Shown: one piece after another, positions 1-8,883 of the stretch | Position numbering within the stretch: position 1 is the first letter of the stretch | How the letters are laid out: each line of letters starts with the position of its first letter | DNA from: Thalassospira sp. | GTDB lineage: Bacteria; Pseudomonadota; Alphaproteobacteria; Rhodospirillales; Thalassospiraceae | DNA: 64,000 bases | Reading direction: 5' to 3' | Assembly: GCF_048059015.1 (NCBI RefSeq) | Contig: NZ_JBLLNT010000005.1 | Coordinates: 172,034-236,033, forward strand | Translations under genes and position numbers: made by a program | The notes under the pieces: model-generated | Seen by the model: the letters and a program-made list of their open reading frames with translations, nothing else | The model's database searches: none | Told to the model about the DNA's origin: nothing

Positions 1-1305
1 GGCAACAAATTCAACCAATTGACCTTCGGCGCAGAGGCCCTGTCGCTTGATTGGGATTTTCGCGCCAATGCCTATGTCCCGATCGGCACGACACAATACT
101 TCGAGGACAGCCTCAGTACTGTTGATGTGAGCGGCACCACATTGATGTACAATCAAGGCGAAGAACTTGCATTACATGGTTTTGACGGGGAAATTGGTTG
201 GCGCATTCCGTTATTTGCGGCTGATGCCGGACAGCAACTCCGTGCATATGCCGGTGGTTATCGCTTTACGGAAGACGGTGTTGATACGGTACAGGGTCCG
301 CGTGGGCGACTGGATCTGACCTTTGATGAAGTTCCTTTTTTATGGGAAGGGTCGCGCTTCTCTCTCGGGGCGGAAATTCAGCATGACAGCCCACGGGGCA
401 CGCAGGGCTTTGCCAGTTTCCGCCTTCGTATCCCCTTACAAGGTTTTGGCGATACCCCGAAACCACGCCTGACAGCGATGGAACGACGCATGACCGATCC
501 CATCATTCGCGACATTGATGTGGTCAGTCAGGCGGGACAGTTTTCAGAAGCAAGTGAAATCACCCAAACAGCGGACGGCGAAACGATCACGCTTTTAAAC
601 AGCAATTCAACGTCGGCGGGCGATTTTGCCACCGCCATCGCCAATGCAGGTGCCAATTCCACCGTCGTGTTGAGCGGGAACTACACAAATGTCAGTTCCA
701 TCACCACTGTTCAGAATGGGCAAACAATTGTCGGCGGCGGTGCACTCGACATCAAAACACCGACAGGACGTTCGGTTACGGTCGCCATCCCAGATTCCTC
801 AATCTCGGGCCCGGGTGACAGCGGCGGTGGCAGTGGCGCCGGTCGCTTCTTTGACATGGCCGATAACAGCAGCCTGATTGGTGTGACGGCAAACCTTACC
901 CGGTCATCAAGCTCAACCATCGCGAGAATCGCCGGCAAGAACAATGTCACAATTCGCGACAACAAACTGACAACGACCGTCAGCGGGTCAACTGCATCCA
1001 CTTTTGATATCGAAGACGGTCAAAATATTACAATTGAAAATAATGACATATCCATAATTGCCAATGGCAGCACTTCTCACTTCCTGGCGATCCGTGGCGC
1101 CAACTCAAACATCAGCGTCAACGACAACAAGATTTCCACAACAGGGACGGCCGCCACCAAACGTTACATTTTGCTCGCTGGAAGCGTAAATATATCCAAC
1201 CTGTCTGGTACAGGTAATACGTCCAACATCACAACGTGTTACATCGGTGGCAGCCTTGGCACCGTTACAGGAACAATCACGACAAGCGGCACCAATTGCC
1301 CCTGA
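1..1305 (+). CDS. Inverse-autotransporter/intimin-like beta-barrel protein with beta-helix-like passenger (5' truncated by window)
   Basis: Frame open from base 1 (GNKFNQLTFGAEAL...). First ~145 aa are amphipathic strands like the invasin/intimin barrel (DFRANAYVPIG, GFDGEIG, AEIQHDSPRG); C-terminal half is Asn/Thr/Ser/Ile-rich with NN-x-I repeats. Confidence 0.65.
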   Translation, partial: GNKFNQLTFGAEALSLDWDFRANAYVPIGTTQYFEDSLSTVDVSGTTLMYNQGEELALHGFDGEIGWRIPLFAADAGQQLRAYAGGYRFTEDGVDTVQGPRGRLDLTFDEVPFLWEGSRFSLGAEIQHDSPRGTQGFASFRLRIPLQGFGDTPKPRLTAMERRMTDPIIRDIDVVSQAGQFSEASEITQTADGETITLLNSNSTSAGDFATAIANAGANSTVVLSGNYTNVSSITTVQNGQTIVGGGALDIKTPTGRSVTVAIPDSSISGPGDSGGGSGAGRFFDMADNSSLIGVTANLTRSSSSTIARIAGKNNVTIRDNKLTTTVSGSTASTFDIEDGQNITIENNDISIIANGSTSHFLAIRGANSNISVNDNKISTTGTAATKRYILLAGSVNISNLSGTGNTSNITTCYIGGSLGTVTGTITTSGTNCP

Positions 1306-1347
1306 GCTGATACTTCGCAAATTTATGCCATCGCCTTTCACTTGAAT

Positions 1348-1362
1348 GTTCTGCTTTTGTTC
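1348..1362 (+). promoter_or_regulatory. Alphaproteobacterial LexA (SOS) box
   Basis: GTTCtgcttttGTTC is a perfect GTTC-N7-GTTC, 14 nt before the radical SAM start. Confidence 0.8.
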
Positions 1363-1376
1363 TTTATTGTGTCTGC

Positions 1377-2540
1377 ATGAAGAACAGTATCGAACAGACG
1401 CCCGATCCAACCCCTACCGCCATTTTTGATGATGGATGGTCAAACGCGGGATGTGATCCGAACATATTGCCCGCCCGAGGACAAAAGGGGCGCGGTGCGG
1501 TGTCCAATATTGACGGGCGATTTGAGCGGCACATCCATCAGGGGGTTGATGATGGATGGCTGGGCACATTGGTGGAAGTTCAGGATGCCCCACATACCAA
1601 AACCACCCTTGGTATCGATGGTGCACGGTCTGTCATTACAAAGAACCAAAGTCCGGATGTTCCATTTGATCGCTCGATCAACCCCTATCGCGGCTGCGAG
1701 CATGGCTGTGTGTACTGTTTTGCCCGACCAACGCACGCCTATCTCGGTCTGTCACCGGGGCTGGATTTTGAAACCAAACTGTTCTGGAAACCGGAAGCCG
1801 CCAGTCTGCTGCGCAAGCAACTGTCATCGAAAAGCTATCAGCCCGAACCGATTGTGATCGGCACCAGTACTGATCCCTATCAGCCGGTTGATCGCGACAA
1901 GAAATTAACCCGGTCGATCATTGAAGTCCTGGCCGATTGCCAGCACCCGTTTTCCCTGATCACGAAAAGCGCGCTGGTCACCCGTGACATTGATTTGATC
2001 GCACCGATGGCCGCAAGAAACCGCGCATCGGTTGCAGTATCGGTCACAAGCCTTGATCATCGTCTTTCAAACCTTTTGGAACCACGTGCATCCGCCCCGC
2101 ATCGCAGACTGGATGCGATCCGGAAATTGTCTGAGGCCTGCATTCCGGTAACCGTTCTTTGCGCGCCAATCATTCCCGGTTTGAATGATATGGAAATCGA
2201 AAAGCTGGTGGCCGCCTGCAAGGATGCTGGCGCGCAATCGGTCAGCCATATTGTGTTACGCCTGCCGCTTGAAATTGGCGGGCTGTTTGAGGAATGGCTT
2301 GAAGCGCATTACCCGGATCGCAAGGCAAAGATCATGTCACTGATCCGGCAAATGCGCGACGGGGAAATATATCAATCAGAATTTGGCAAACGCATGCGTG
2401 GTACCGGCCCAATCGCCGATCTGATTACTCATCGCTTTAATGCGGCGCGCAAGAAACATAATCTGACCGGACGATCATTGAACCTTGATTGCAGCGGGTT
2501 TAAACGGCCCAGCGCCGATGGGCAGATGTCACTGTTCTGA
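1377..2540 (+). CDS. PA0069/Rv2578c-family radical SAM protein (SplB-like, putative DNA repair)
   Basis: CxxxCxxC in RSINPYRGCEHGCVYCFARPTH; GRGA N-terminal motif; C-terminal QMSLF. Confidence 0.9.
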   Translation: MKNSIEQTPDPTPTAIFDDGWSNAGCDPNILPARGQKGRGAVSNIDGRFERHIHQGVDDGWLGTLVEVQDAPHTKTTLGIDGARSVITKNQSPDVPFDRSINPYRGCEHGCVYCFARPTHAYLGLSPGLDFETKLFWKPEAASLLRKQLSSKSYQPEPIVIGTSTDPYQPVDRDKKLTRSIIEVLADCQHPFSLITKSALVTRDIDLIAPMAARNRASVAVSVTSLDHRLSNLLEPRASAPHRRLDAIRKLSEACIPVTVLCAPIIPGLNDMEIEKLVAACKDAGAQSVSHIVLRLPLEIGGLFEEWLEAHYPDRKAKIMSLIRQMRDGEIYQSEFGKRMRGTGPIADLITHRFNAARKKHNLTGRSLNLDCSGFKRPSADGQMSLF

Positions 2541-2569
2541 CACCTGCCCCATGCGATAACCCATATCAA

Positions 2570-3889
2570 TCACCCGACCCGTTTGATTGCGGCATGGCGC
2601 TTTTTGCCAACCGAAAGTCTCAGCAACTCGCCATCGTCAAAGGCGTAGCTAAGAACGTGATGTTCTGGATCATCGACTTGCTTGTCTTCAATCCGCACAG
2701 CACCAGCCAAAACAAGCCTTCTGGCTTCGCTGTTGGATTTGGCAAACCCGGCCATCACGATCAGGGCTAAGACCCCCAAACCGTCTTTAAGTGCATCTGC
2801 GGTGAACTCGATGGTCGGAAGACCTTTGAGGTTTCCGTTTGCACCAAACACACCATCGACCGCCGATTTGACCGCATCGACGGCATCGTCGCCATGCGCA
2901 AGCCTTGTGGCTTCGTCGGCCAAAACGATTTTGGCTTCGTTCAGACCTGCACCCGACAGGTTTTCAAGCTGCTCAACATCCAAAAGCGGCAGATCCGTGA
3001 ACAGTCTCAGGAACCGGCCAACATCGCCATCCTCGCAATTGCGCCAGAACTGCCAGTAATCAAATGCACTCAGCCGGTCTGCATTCAACCAAACAGCACC
3101 TGCTGCTGTTTTTCCCATCTTCACGCCTGATGACGTGGTCAGAAGCGGTGCAGTCATGCCAAACACCTCATTGCCATCGACGCGCCGAACCAGATCAACG
3201 CCATTGATGATATTGGCCCACTGATCACCACCGCCCATCTGCGCACGGCAGCCAAAGCGACGCGAGAGCTCAAGAAAATCAAACGCCTGCAGGATCATGT
3301 AGTTGAACTCAAGGAAACTCAGGCTTTCCTGACGCTCAAGACGCGTGCGAACAGAATCAAATGACAGCATCCGGTTCACGGAAAAATGGCGTCCGACGTC
3401 ACGCAAAAGATCAACATATCCCAACTGATCGAGCCATTCGGCATTATTGACCAGCACGGCATCGGTCGGGCCGTTGCCAAACTTCAAGAACCGGTCAAAC
3501 ACCTGGCGGATACCTGCAATGTTGGTTGCGATCTGTCCATCGTTCAGGATCGGCCGGGCGTCCGAACGGAAGCTTGGATCGCCAATGCGCGTGGTCCCGC
3601 CACCCACCAGCACAATCGGCTTGTGGCCATGGCGCTGAAGCCAGCGCAACGTCATAATTGGCAGTAAATGCCCGACATGAAGGCTGTCAGCGGTTGCATC
3701 AAAACCGATGTAAACCGGAACGGCCTCGGATTTGGCAAGTACGGCATCAAGGCCATTAAACGAGGTGCATTGATGCACAAAGCCACGCGCGTGGAGGCTT
3801 CGCATCGCTTCAGATTCAAAGCTTGTCGCCGCGACTTCACTGGCGTTTTGCGGCGTTCGGATTTCTTCGATGGTATTTTCGATCTTCAT
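2570..3889 (-). CDS. tyrS: Tyrosine--tRNA ligase
   Basis: YIGFDATADSLHVGH (HIGH), QMGGGDQWANI, KMGKT (KMSKS), C-terminal S4 domain; ATG at 3889 follows AAGGA. Confidence 0.97.
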   Translation of the reverse strand: MKIENTIEEIRTPQNASEVAATSFESEAMRSLHARGFVHQCTSFNGLDAVLAKSEAVPVYIGFDATADSLHVGHLLPIMTLRWLQRHGHKPIVLVGGGTTRIGDPSFRSDARPILNDGQIATNIAGIRQVFDRFLKFGNGPTDAVLVNNAEWLDQLGYVDLLRDVGRHFSVNRMLSFDSVRTRLERQESLSFLEFNYMILQAFDFLELSRRFGCRAQMGGGDQWANIINGVDLVRRVDGNEVFGMTAPLLTTSSGVKMGKTAAGAVWLNADRLSAFDYWQFWRNCEDGDVGRFLRLFTDLPLLDVEQLENLSGAGLNEAKIVLADEATRLAHGDDAVDAVKSAVDGVFGANGNLKGLPTIEFTADALKDGLGVLALIVMAGFAKSNSEARRLVLAGAVRIEDKQVDDPEHHVLSYAFDDGELLRLSVGKKRHAAIKRVG

Positions 3890-3935
3890 TTCGGTTGGTC
3901 CTTTTAAGCGGACCACCACCGGGAGACCGGGTTAT

Positions 3936-3965
3936 GGAAAAACAAAAGGCCGCCCCGTGGCGGCC
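3936..3965 (-). terminator. Intrinsic terminator (attenuator) in tyrS leader
   Basis: Minus strand GGCCGCC-ACGG-GGCGGCC then UUUUGUUUUU, ~50 nt before the tyrS ATG. Confidence 0.85.
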
Positions 3966-4000
3966 GATCCTTGATTTTTACATATCAAAACGCGCCGCAC

Positions 4001-4051
4001 TTATGTGTGCAGCGGATAATAGGCGTTGTGATGTGCAATTACGTTTTCCAT
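4001..4051 (-). CDS. Putative tyrS leader peptide MENVIAHHNAYYPLHT
   Basis: Hand-translated ATG..TAA ORF with tandem TAT TAT directly before the first leader hairpin; too short for the ORF track. Confidence 0.8.
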   Translation of the reverse strand: MENVIAHHNAYYPLHT

Positions 4052-4058
4052 ACCCAAA

Positions 4059-4087
4059 GGCATATGGCGAAAATTTCCCGCGGTCAA
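4059..4087 (-). promoter_or_regulatory. Putative sigma70-type promoter of the tyrS leader
   Basis: TTGACC-N17-TATGCC, 7 nt before the leader ATG; -10 element is non-consensus. Confidence 0.45.
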
Positions 4088-4204
4088 GCCACTTTGATTT
4101 AACCCCTGGAATTCCGGTAATGCTCCCGTGCCAAAGCCACCATCAAACGAAAACACCCGCTGGAATGCCAACGGGTGCCTAAAGGATCGATGTTTTAAGT
4201 CGGC

Positions 4205-4738
4205 TTAGCTGACAACGCGGTAACGCGCGTGAAGTGCCGGATTGTTCATCATGGTGGCACTGATCATTGGCTTGCCTGCGACCTCGTCGGCATTCTCTGA
4301 TGCCTTGACCTTCGCGCGGTCATCGCTGCTGATATTGCCAGTTTCGCTAAGCGCCAGATCGCGTGCCGTTTCAAAGAAACGAAGGCCACGCTTCTCCATG
4401 ACATACAGCGTTTCACCACCCCATTCCCCGGTCCAGACAAGACCAGAAAGGCCCGCCATTTCCTTTTCAATGCGGGTCGGCGAAATCGGCATGCCAAGGC
4501 AGGTGGTCAGAAGGAAGGAAAGTTCAGCTGCGGTAACACCGTCTTCGCAGCATTCATCGGCAAGAACGGCCATAACAGCCATGGTGACGACCTTTAGCGA
4601 AACCTTGTCCGTTTCCAGTCCCGGAAAACGGTTTTGCTGAAGCTCGACAATGTCATTGGCAATACGATCAACGTCCCCACGGATCACATATCGCCCACGC
4701 CATACGCGACAACTTGTTCTGACTTCCCATTCTCGCAT
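4205..4738 (-). CDS. Hypothetical protein with probable winged-helix domain
   Basis: ORF from ATG 4738; GVTAAEL...ISPTRIEKEMAGLSGLV...TLYVMEKRGLRFF looks like helix-turn-helix plus wing. Confidence 0.55.
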   Translation of the reverse strand: MREWEVRTSCRVWRGRYVIRGDVDRIANDIVELQQNRFPGLETDKVSLKVVTMAVMAVLADECCEDGVTAAELSFLLTTCLGMPISPTRIEKEMAGLSGLVWTGEWGGETLYVMEKRGLRFFETARDLALSETGNISSDDRAKVKASENADEVAGKPMISATMMNNPALHARYRVVS

Positions 4739-4825
4739 CTGTTTGTCCCACCCGTTTTTATTTGTCCCTGGGTGAAACGATACATCAACCATACATCACG
4801 TCAACATATTTTTCGACATTTTGTA

Positions 4826-5497
4826 TCATTTAGTACACTCAGAACGAAACCATTGATATCCAGCGGGGGAAACAGCGAATCCGTCTTCGTTTTCAATTGG
4901 ATCGAGATAACCGCGCGTCACCGCCACATGGAAATCACGGCTGAAGTTTTTAGGCATGCGCAAGTGATCCTGACGGCGCAGGATTCGACGAATATCATCA
5001 CGGCTCACAAAGCCCCGCCCATCACGATAATGCAGCCAGATCGCCGCAATCAGGATCGTTTCAGCAAAGCCACGCGGCTGCAAACGCCCGATCAGATCGC
5101 CAAGCGATCCCATGAAGCTTGTGATGAAAGCACCTGGATCAATGCCAACGCCGGGATCGGCCGAATAAGCAGCGCCACCAACAGCCTGTCCCTGCACGAA
5201 GTCAACCGAACGGGCAGCGCCCTGCCCGTCACTTTCCGCGCGTATCAGGGACTCATCAGAAGCCATCGCACCAGCATCCTGCCCACACAATGAATGCACA
5301 GAACCTGTATTTTGCGCAGCAGAACGCTCAGAACCAGTAGTGATATTTGACGGCATTTGCCCTGCCTGCATCTGCAACGGCTGACCAAACAAAGCCGCCA
5401 TCACAACAGGCAGGCGTGCAGGCGGGATCGCGCATTCGAGATCCACCGGCCCGAAATCCCCCTCGCCCGTCAGTTTGACGTGAATTATTGCTGCCAA
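4826..5497 (-). CDS. Hypothetical protein with C-terminal probable winged-helix domain
   Basis: Open frame; TTG at 5497 follows AGGAG (start uncertain); VSRDDIRRIL...PKNFSRDFHVAVTRGYL...GFAVSPAGYQWF. Confidence 0.55.
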   Translation of the reverse strand: MAAIIHVKLTGEGDFGPVDLECAIPPARLPVVMAALFGQPLQMQAGQMPSNITTGSERSAAQNTGSVHSLCGQDAGAMASDESLIRAESDGQGAARSVDFVQGQAVGGAAYSADPGVGIDPGAFITSFMGSLGDLIGRLQPRGFAETILIAAIWLHYRDGRGFVSRDDIRRILRRQDHLRMPKNFSRDFHVAVTRGYLDPIENEDGFAVSPAGYQWFRSECTK

Positions 5498-5780
5498 GGT
5501 TGCTACCACTCCTGATTTACACAACCGCAGTAACATACATTTTGTATAATATACAACACTATTTTTCCAAACATGTATCAATCAATACATTTTATGTTTT
5601 GTACGCAGACAATTTTGCCCTCGACAATCGGGCCACGCAGACCACACCATGAATGCAACAAATAAGGTACGGGCAGCCGACCCGTGCCCGACCCAAAATC
5701 AAGATCAAAGCGCCCTGCTACCCGCCCCCAACGCCCGGAAATCAGCAGGCCGATGCCACCAACAGGGAAGGACAAGATGA

Positions 5781-6491
5781 ATGACACGCCTTTTGTTTCG
5801 TGAAGACGCCTATGCCAAAAGCTGTGACGCGGTTGTAAAAAGCATTTCTGATCGCGGTATCGAACTTGATCAGACCGTCTTTTACGCAACAGCAGGCGGA
5901 CAGGCCGGCGACATTGGAACATTGAAGACCGCATCAGGCGCAAGTATCCCCATCGCAACCACGGTGAAGGATCGAGAAACCGGTCGCATCTTGCACATCA
6001 TTGCTGATGATCACCCCCTGCCCCAGATTGGCGATACAGTGACGGCTGAACTTGATTGGGATAATCGCCATAAACTGATGCGCTTTCACACCTGCCTGCA
6101 TTTGCTGTGCGCTGTGATCGAAGGCGATGTGACCGGCGGCAACATTGCCGCCCACAAGGCACGGCTTGACTTCAACCTGCCGGAGCTCAGTCTTGATAAG
6201 GACGAGATCACTGAAAAGCTGAATGAGCTGATCGCGCGCAATGCAGAGGTTTATGACGGTGAAATCAGCGTCGCAGAACTCAAAGCCAATCCGGAACTGG
6301 TGCGCACCATGTCGGTTCAACCGCCAATGGATGGCAATTCAATCCGAACCGTGACGATCGAAGGGATCGATTTTCAGCCGTGCGGCGGCACCCATGTCCG
6401 CAAAACCGGGGAAATCGGCAAGGTATCCGTCGCCAAGATTGAAAAGAAAGGTCGTCAGAATCGCCGCATCAATATCGTTTTTGCCGACTGA
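5781..6491 (+). CDS. alaX: Alanyl-tRNA editing protein AlaX
   Basis: DQTVFYATAGGQAGD, HxxxH (FHTCLH), QPCGGTHV. Confidence 0.93.
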   Translation: MTRLLFREDAYAKSCDAVVKSISDRGIELDQTVFYATAGGQAGDIGTLKTASGASIPIATTVKDRETGRILHIIADDHPLPQIGDTVTAELDWDNRHKLMRFHTCLHLLCAVIEGDVTGGNIAAHKARLDFNLPELSLDKDEITEKLNELIARNAEVYDGEISVAELKANPELVRTMSVQPPMDGNSIRTVTIEGIDFQPCGGTHVRKTGEIGKVSVAKIEKKGRQNRRINIVFAD

Positions 6492-6524
6492 CCGCCCCAT
6501 CACATAAAGCACCAATATCCAATC

Positions 6525-6563
6525 AAATGCGTAGCGGACGAAAATCTGCTGCGCATTTTGTTT
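6525..6563 (+). terminator. Intrinsic terminator after alaX
   Basis: AAATGCGTAGCGGA-cgaaaa-TCTGCTGCGCATTT then TGTTT. Confidence 0.6.
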
Positions 6564-6740
6564 GCAAAAGCATGCCCATACACGGTCTGCTGGTTGCCAG
6601 TTCAGTTCAGGACCGTTACAAATTTGAAGAACCGGACATTACATAAACCGGACGCCACCACAAAAAGATCGACACAATAACGCATTCAGGACCCCAACCT
6701 GGATCATGCAATACCCACCATTGCCAACCGGAGCTTGTCC

Positions 6741-7598
6741 ATGACCAACCCACTTTCCGATGCACTGGTTTCCACCCAGTGGCTGGCGGATCACCTCGAC
6801 GCACCGGATGTGCGCGTCGTTGATGCAAGCTGGTACATGCCAGCCGACAACAAAAATGCCCGCGAGATCCATGATGCGCAGCATATTCCGGGTGCCGTCT
6901 TCTTTGATATCGATGACATCGCAGCCGACGATAGCGCGCCTCTGCCACACATGATGCCAGATGCAATCAAGTTTTCTGCCAAGGTCCGCAAGCTTGGCCT
7001 TGGTGATGGCGTGCGCATTGTTGTCTACGGCCAGACCGGATCAGCACTTGCGGCGTGCCGCGCATGGTGGATGCTGCGCCATTTTGGTCATCACGATGTT
7101 GTTGTGCTTGATGGTGGCCTGCCCAAGTGGCTTGCGGAAAACCGCCCGGTGACCGACACCCCGACCCCGCCGCGCGAACGCCATTTCACCGCGCGCGCCA
7201 ACAGCTTCTTGCTGCGTGAAATCGATCAGGTCATGTCAAACGTCAAGACCAAGCGCGAACAGCTTGTTGATGCCCGCGCTGGCGAACGTTTCCGCGGTGA
7301 GGTTGATGATCCATGGGGCAAATCGGGCCACGTTCCGGGCTCCTACAACCTGCCTTTCAACATGCTTTTGAATGCGGATGGCACCTTTAAGGATGCAACC
7401 GCGATCAAGGCCGAGTTTGAAACAGCGGGTGTTGATCTGGATAAGTCGGTCGTCACCACCTGCGGGTCTGGCGTGACAGCATGCGTTCTGGCCATGGGTG
7501 CTTATATCGCTGGCCACAAACAGGTCGCCGTCTTTGATGGATCATGGGCACAATGGGCCACCACCGAAGACAGCCCGGTTGATACCGGCCCGGCATAA
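6741..7598 (+). CDS. sseA: 3-mercaptopyruvate sulfurtransferase
   Basis: Tandem rhodanese domains, HIPGAVFFDID, catalytic CGSGVTA, FDGSWAQW. Confidence 0.93.
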   Translation: MTNPLSDALVSTQWLADHLDAPDVRVVDASWYMPADNKNAREIHDAQHIPGAVFFDIDDIAADDSAPLPHMMPDAIKFSAKVRKLGLGDGVRIVVYGQTGSALAACRAWWMLRHFGHHDVVVLDGGLPKWLAENRPVTDTPTPPRERHFTARANSFLLREIDQVMSNVKTKREQLVDARAGERFRGEVDDPWGKSGHVPGSYNLPFNMLLNADGTFKDATAIKAEFETAGVDLDKSVVTTCGSGVTACVLAMGAYIAGHKQVAVFDGSWAQWATTEDSPVDTGPA

Positions 7599-7628
7599 AC
7601 AGACTTTCAGATATAGACTGAGACATAA

Positions 7629-8159
7629 ATGCCCGCATCGTCCCCTTATGGCCAGAACCTTGCTGATAACAGTCAAGATCGAACCGGTGACGAGGCGGGC
7701 ATTTTACTTGAACAGCTTAAATCCCCGACAGATATCGATATCGCTGCCATCACACGGCTTTGGATATCCACCGGCCTGATCCCGGCCATCCGCGATGCCA
7801 GACAGGATATCGAAAACTGCATCAATGCCGATCACGGCAGCCTCATCATCGCCCGCCACCCTGCGGATCAATCGATCATCGCCACCATGATGACCGGCCA
7901 TGATGATATCTATGGCTGGATCCATTATCTGGCGATTGACGCATCGGCCCAAAGCCTTGGCATCGGGCGTGAGCTGGTAACACTGGCCGAGGATATCTTG
8001 CGTATTTCGGGCCTTTCAGAAGTCCGTGTGACCATCGAGAACCCCGCAGCGGGTGATTTTTACGCCAAATTAGGCTATGACTTGGTGGAAAGCGCCACAC
8101 CACAGGCAGCGCCTGAAGCAAATCAAAACATCATTATGCGCAAGAGCCTAACCCAATGA
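7629..8159 (+). CDS. GNAT acetyltransferase
   Basis: YLAIDASAQSLGIGRELV and FYAKLGY motifs. Confidence 0.8.
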   Translation: MPASSPYGQNLADNSQDRTGDEAGILLEQLKSPTDIDIAAITRLWISTGLIPAIRDARQDIENCINADHGSLIIARHPADQSIIATMMTGHDDIYGWIHYLAIDASAQSLGIGRELVTLAEDILRISGLSEVRVTIENPAAGDFYAKLGYDLVESATPQAAPEANQNIIMRKSLTQ

Positions 8160-8842
8160 CCCCATCTAATCCGCGCAAGCTCGAAGTTGTTGTCAGCTTC
8201 CTTGAAATGCACAATCCGCCCGACCGCGCACCGGCCGTCGTCCCGCCGGGCAAGGTTGCCATCATCCGGGCAGAAAACCCGACCCTGTCCTTTTATCGCT
8301 ACTTATATAATACAGTCGGCGAGCCGTGGCTTTGGTGGCAACGCCGCCTGATGAGCGACGAGGAACTAGCACCACTGATCGCGCAGCAGGAAACACATGT
8401 TTATGTGCTTTATGTCGCAGGCGTGCCCGCAGGCTATGCCGAGCTTGATCTGACCGCACTTGAGACAGAGCGCGTTATTGACCTGCATTACATAGGTTTG
8501 ATCCCCGATTTCATCGGCAAAGGCTTTGGCAAATACCTTCTAAACTGGGCGATTGATACCGCCTGGAGCCTAAAGCCGGCCCGGGTTACGGTAAATACCT
8601 GCACTTTGGATCATCCAAGTGCATTGGGGGCTTACCAAAAGGCAGGCTTTGTTGTATACGACCAGCGAACGGACATTGTTGATGATCCGCGCGATATCGG
8701 GCTGATCCCGCATATTGACCATCATGTTGATCATGCGGGTCATAACCGTGGTGACGCGCCGGATAGCGAAAGTGCAAAGGAAAATGCAAATAATGCAGAT
8801 TCTGGCACTTTGATCGTTGACTTTCCCGACCGCGCACGGTAA
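8156..8842 (+). CDS. GNAT acetyltransferase
   Basis: GLIPDFIGKGFGKYLL, TCTLDHPSALGAYQKAGF; ATGA overlap with the previous gene. Confidence 0.85.
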   Translation: MTPSNPRKLEVVVSFLEMHNPPDRAPAVVPPGKVAIIRAENPTLSFYRYLYNTVGEPWLWWQRRLMSDEELAPLIAQQETHVYVLYVAGVPAGYAELDLTALETERVIDLHYIGLIPDFIGKGFGKYLLNWAIDTAWSLKPARVTVNTCTLDHPSALGAYQKAGFVVYDQRTDIVDDPRDIGLIPHIDHHVDHAGHNRGDAPDSESAKENANNADSGTLIVDFPDRAR

Positions 8843-8883
8843 CAAGCGCGCCTGAGTTTACCCAAGCCAGAGGATGATGACCC

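Noticed and set aside
3908-3920. T-box-like GGTGGTGGTCCGC in the tyrS leader
   Set aside because: It lies downstream of the terminator, no Stem I or specifier loop is evident, and the leader-peptide model explains the region
5649-5780. 43-codon ORF ending right before the alaX ATG
   Set aside because: No SD, no Ala-codon run and no attenuator-like structure
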